DNA of 64,000 nucleotides from Macrostomum lignano (taxonomy: Eukaryota), in assembly GCA_002269645.1 (NCBI GenBank), contig NIVC01000630.1, forward strand, positions 62,001-126,000, given 5' to 3'. Both the position numbers and the translations under genes were made by a program. The notes below the pieces were generated by a model. The model was not told the DNA's origin, did no database searches, and worked only from the letters and a program-made list of their open reading frames with translations. Shown in pieces: positions 60,662 through 64,000 of the stretch (position 1 is its first letter; the number at the start of each line of letters is the position of its first letter).

Positions 60662-61373
60662 ATGGCCGAATCCGGGGCAGCTGCTGCGGCTGCTGCTGCT
60701 ACTACTACTGACCTGTCAGCAGACACCAATGCCGCTAATAATGACGAGGATCCGGAGTTCGAACCCGAATTCCCCGAAGACGCCGAGGTTGATCCGCGAG
60801 TTGAAGACGAATTAGAAAAGATGAATATGGTTGCTTTGCAATTGAACGAAGTTGAGACTACTCTACAGCAGGCTAGAAATCATTTTCGTTCATTGCTAGC
60901 CGAGACTGCTGCTAAGCTGGAGGCTGTACAGTCGGGCATCGGGGTTGCCTGCGTGGAGAAGGCCAGGCCCTTCTACGAGGCCAAACGGCAATGCCGCCTG
61001 CTCCAGATGGAGACTCAATCGGCTGCACTGCGGTACGAGCGCTCCTGCGAGATGCTGGGCGCAGCCAAAGACCTCGTGCGCACCGCCGAGGCCTCCTGTC
61101 CCGCCACCGGCCGGGGTGGTCAGGTGAGTAAGCTGCTGCACTTAAGGTGTTTTTTATTGTTTGACTGGATATTTGTGCGTGTGAGATTGATAGGCTGAGG
61201 CAGACAGGTGTGCTTTAATAGGTAAGCACTATGGCAAACAGATAGGCAGACAGACAAACACACAGAATAGATAGGTAGTTAGATGGTTAGATAGATAGGT
61301 AGATGATAGATAGATAGATAGATAGATAGATAGAGAGATAGATAGATAGATAGATAGAGATAAGATAGATAGC

Positions 61374-61413
<40 letters not shown>

Positions 61414-61942
61414 AGATAGATAGGTAGATGATAGATAGATAGATAGATAGGTAGATGATAGATTGATAGATAGAAGATAGATAGGTAGATGATAGATAGA
61501 TAGAAGATAGATAGGTAGATGATAGATAGATAGCTAGATAGATAGATAGAAGATAGATAGGTAGATGATAGATAGATAGATAGAAGATAGATAGGTAGAT
61601 GATAGATAGAAGATAGATAGGTAGATGATAGATAGATAGATAGAAGATAGATAGGTAGATGATAGATAGATAGATAGATAGATAGAAGATAGATAGGTAG
61701 ATGATAGATAGATAGATAGATAGGTAGATGATAGATAGATAGATAGAAGATAGATAGGTAGATGATAGATAGATAGATAGAAGATAGATAGGTAGATGAT
61801 AGATAGATAGATAGATAGATAGATAGAAGATAGATAGGTAGATGATAGATAGATAGATAGATAGATAGATAGAAGATAGATAGGTAGATGATAGATAGAT
61901 AGGTAGATGATAGATAGATAGATAGAAGATAGATAGGTAGAT

Positions 61943-61983
<41 letters not shown>

Positions 61984-63269
61984 GTAGATGATAGATAGAT
62001 AGATAGAAGATAGATAGGTAGATGATAGATAGATAGATAGAAGATAGATAGGTAGATGATAGATAGATAGCTAGATAGATAGGTAGGTAGGTAGACGGAC
62101 AGACAGACAGACAGGCAGAGAGACAACCAAACAAATAAAAAGTAACTAGACAGGCAAACAGGTACACAAGCAGATGGACAGACACTAAGGCAGACAGACA
62201 TACCAGGGTACCTCTCGCTTACGTTTCCCTAACCAGTTCGCCCATCCTTACACTGTACCCTACCGCACTGTACCATGCGCCTTTGGCCCACTCTATCGCG
62301 CAGGTTGACGAAACCTGGGCAATGATGCTCAACCAGGCCACTGAGAAGGTGGCCAAAGCCGAGGACGAGCGTCGCCATCACGCTGCCGAGCACGCGCGCC
62401 TCACCGAGATGTTCGCCGGTGCCCAGACTCGAGTCCGACTAATGGAGTCCAGCCTGCGTAGCGCCATCAAAAAGTCTCGGCCATATTTTGAAGCGAACGC
62501 TCGCTACCAGCAGGCGCTTATCGAACAGAAACAGCACGTTGAAGTCTACGAAGAGAAAGTTCGAATTTGTAAACGACTGTACGACGAAGCGTTGCGCACT
62601 CTGGAAGCGATTAGCGAGTCAATTCACACCAGACGGCGCGAGGAGAACAATGTGAAAAAGCAGAAATTGAAACTGGGAAAGCAGCAACAGTCAACTGATG
62701 AAGATTCGGCATTGCAGGCGCTTGGCGAACGTGGTCAAGGTGTCGGCGCTGAGGACCCGCCAGAGTCGCCAAGTAAATTGGAGTCTTTCTCGGCCGCTAA
62801 GCCTCCTCTGCCTCCGTCATCTTCATCATCGGCTAATTCAGCTTTTTCTTCGTCTGCGTCTGCTTCTGCGGCAACCGCCGCTCCGGTTGCTAAGCCGCGG
62901 CGTCGGAAGAGCCTTCGGAATAGCGTTGCTACGCCAATTATGAGCCTGCTGGAGGACGCCATGCGGTATGAGCAGCAGCATCGGTTGAACCACCAGCTGA
63001 AGAGCGGCACCGCCGCCTCCTTGTCCTTGCCCCGTTCGCCGTCAAATCATTCAACAGCCTCGTCATTAGATGACGAAGTTCTGGCTTCGTTTGTTGTCAA
63101 TCCGTCAGCGTCGACCGCGGGAACGCCAACTTCTACTAGGAGTCAGAGTCCGTTGCCACAGCAACAGCAGAAACAGCACACGCATCAGAGAACTCTTGTG
63201 CTAGCTCCCGAGTTAAGAAAATTTTTACACTCTTTAGATGCTAGCGAGCAACAGCAGCGGACTGATTAA
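60662..63269 (+). CDS. SH3BP5: SH3 domain-binding protein 5 family (Sab/Parcas, Rab11 GEF), 2 exons, ~475 aa
   Basis: Exons 60662-61123 and 62304-63269 (CAG|GTGAGT...CGCAG|GTT). DPRVEDELEKMN, EKARPFYEA, ETWAMMLNQATEKV and AIKKSRPYFE match the SH3BP5 family; cannot separate SH3BP5 from SH3BP5L. AATAAA at 63285. Confidence 0.9.
61262..62110. repeat. (GATA)n microsatellite, SH3BP5 intron
   Basis: Visible array. Confidence 0.97.
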
Positions 63270-63374
63270 TATTTAACTGCTTGAAATAAATTGCGGTGAA
63301 GTACGCTATATCGTCTACTCATTTCTAGGGCAGTGCAGGTAGACAAGTAGCCAGTATTTTTCATATGATTCTAT

Positions 63375-63805
63375 GTAGTGTCTATGTGTGTCTAAATAGA
63401 CTTTGTGTCTATTATCTCTGTGTCTATATAGACTTTATTTCGAATTCAATGGTCTTTGTGTCTATAGTGTGTGTGTCTATATAGTCTTTGTGTCTATGGT
63501 CTTTGTGTCTATAGTGTGTGTGTCTATATAGTCTTTGTGTCTATGGTCTTTGTGTCTATAGTGTGTGTGTCTATATAGTCTTTGTGTCTATGGTCTTTGT
63601 GTCTATGATCTTTGTGTCTATAGTCTGTGTCTGTGTAGTCTTTGTGTCTATATAATTATAGACTTTATTTCTAGTTCTATGGTCTTTGTGTCTATAGTCT
63701 GTCTATGGTCTTTGTGTCTATATACTTTGTGTCTATAGTTTGTGTCTATAATTTGTGTCTATATAGACTTTGTCTACGGTCTTTGTGTAGCCTTGTGTCT
63801 ATGAT
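63375..63805. repeat. GTCTATAGTCTTTGT-type degenerate minisatellite
   Basis: Visible array downstream of SH3BP5. Confidence 0.88.
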
Positions 63806-64000
63806 CTATGCTAGCTGCTTGATTATGATTTAATCAAGAACAAAATTACCTGAATAAAATGCTGACAAGTAAAACAAAGCAATGTACATATCGAACTTTT
63901 CCTAACAATGGCTGGCTCAATTCAGGCTTAATTTAACGAATTCCAAAATTTGGTATTCATTGTTGACTTTCAACCAAGCAATAACAGCTGTTGAATTGAG

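Overview
Eukaryotic (animal) genomic DNA, inferred to be the flatworm Macrostomum or a close relative from a match to the Macrostomum lignano spliced-leader (SL) 3' end as I recall it, compact genes and minisatellite-filled introns. Eight housekeeping genes can be rebuilt by hand with GT-AG introns. Four lie on the minus strand: TFIIA large subunit, proteasome beta-3, calcipressin/RCAN and a short NOL11-like gene. Four lie on the plus strand: VDAC, SCLT1, RNA Pol III largest subunit POLR3A and SH3BP5. The two blocks diverge from a ~20.7 kb gene-free centre. That centre holds a degenerate full-length RTE-type LINE with TSD, a Mutator-like MITE with a 9-bp TSD, Helitron-like fragments, satellites and a 28S rRNA fragment covering the R2/I-PpoI site. 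Main finding: six of the eight genes carry a genome-encoded copy of the SL 3' end (consensus ACTCAATTTATTGCATG) on the sense strand, either supplying the start ATG or lying 12-133 nt upstream of it. Three matches are strong (RCAN, VDAC, NOL11-like), one is gapped (SH3BP5) and two are weak (TFIIA, SCLT1). The genes are intron-poor, and their 17 introns are mostly phase 0, sit at duplicated AG|G sites and are filled with minisatellites. Together this suggests a cycle in which trans-spliced mRNA is retro-copied into the genome and later gains new introns, resembling dinoflagellate SL relics. This model is an inference. The SL sequence is recalled from memory and all alignments and coordinates were done by eye.
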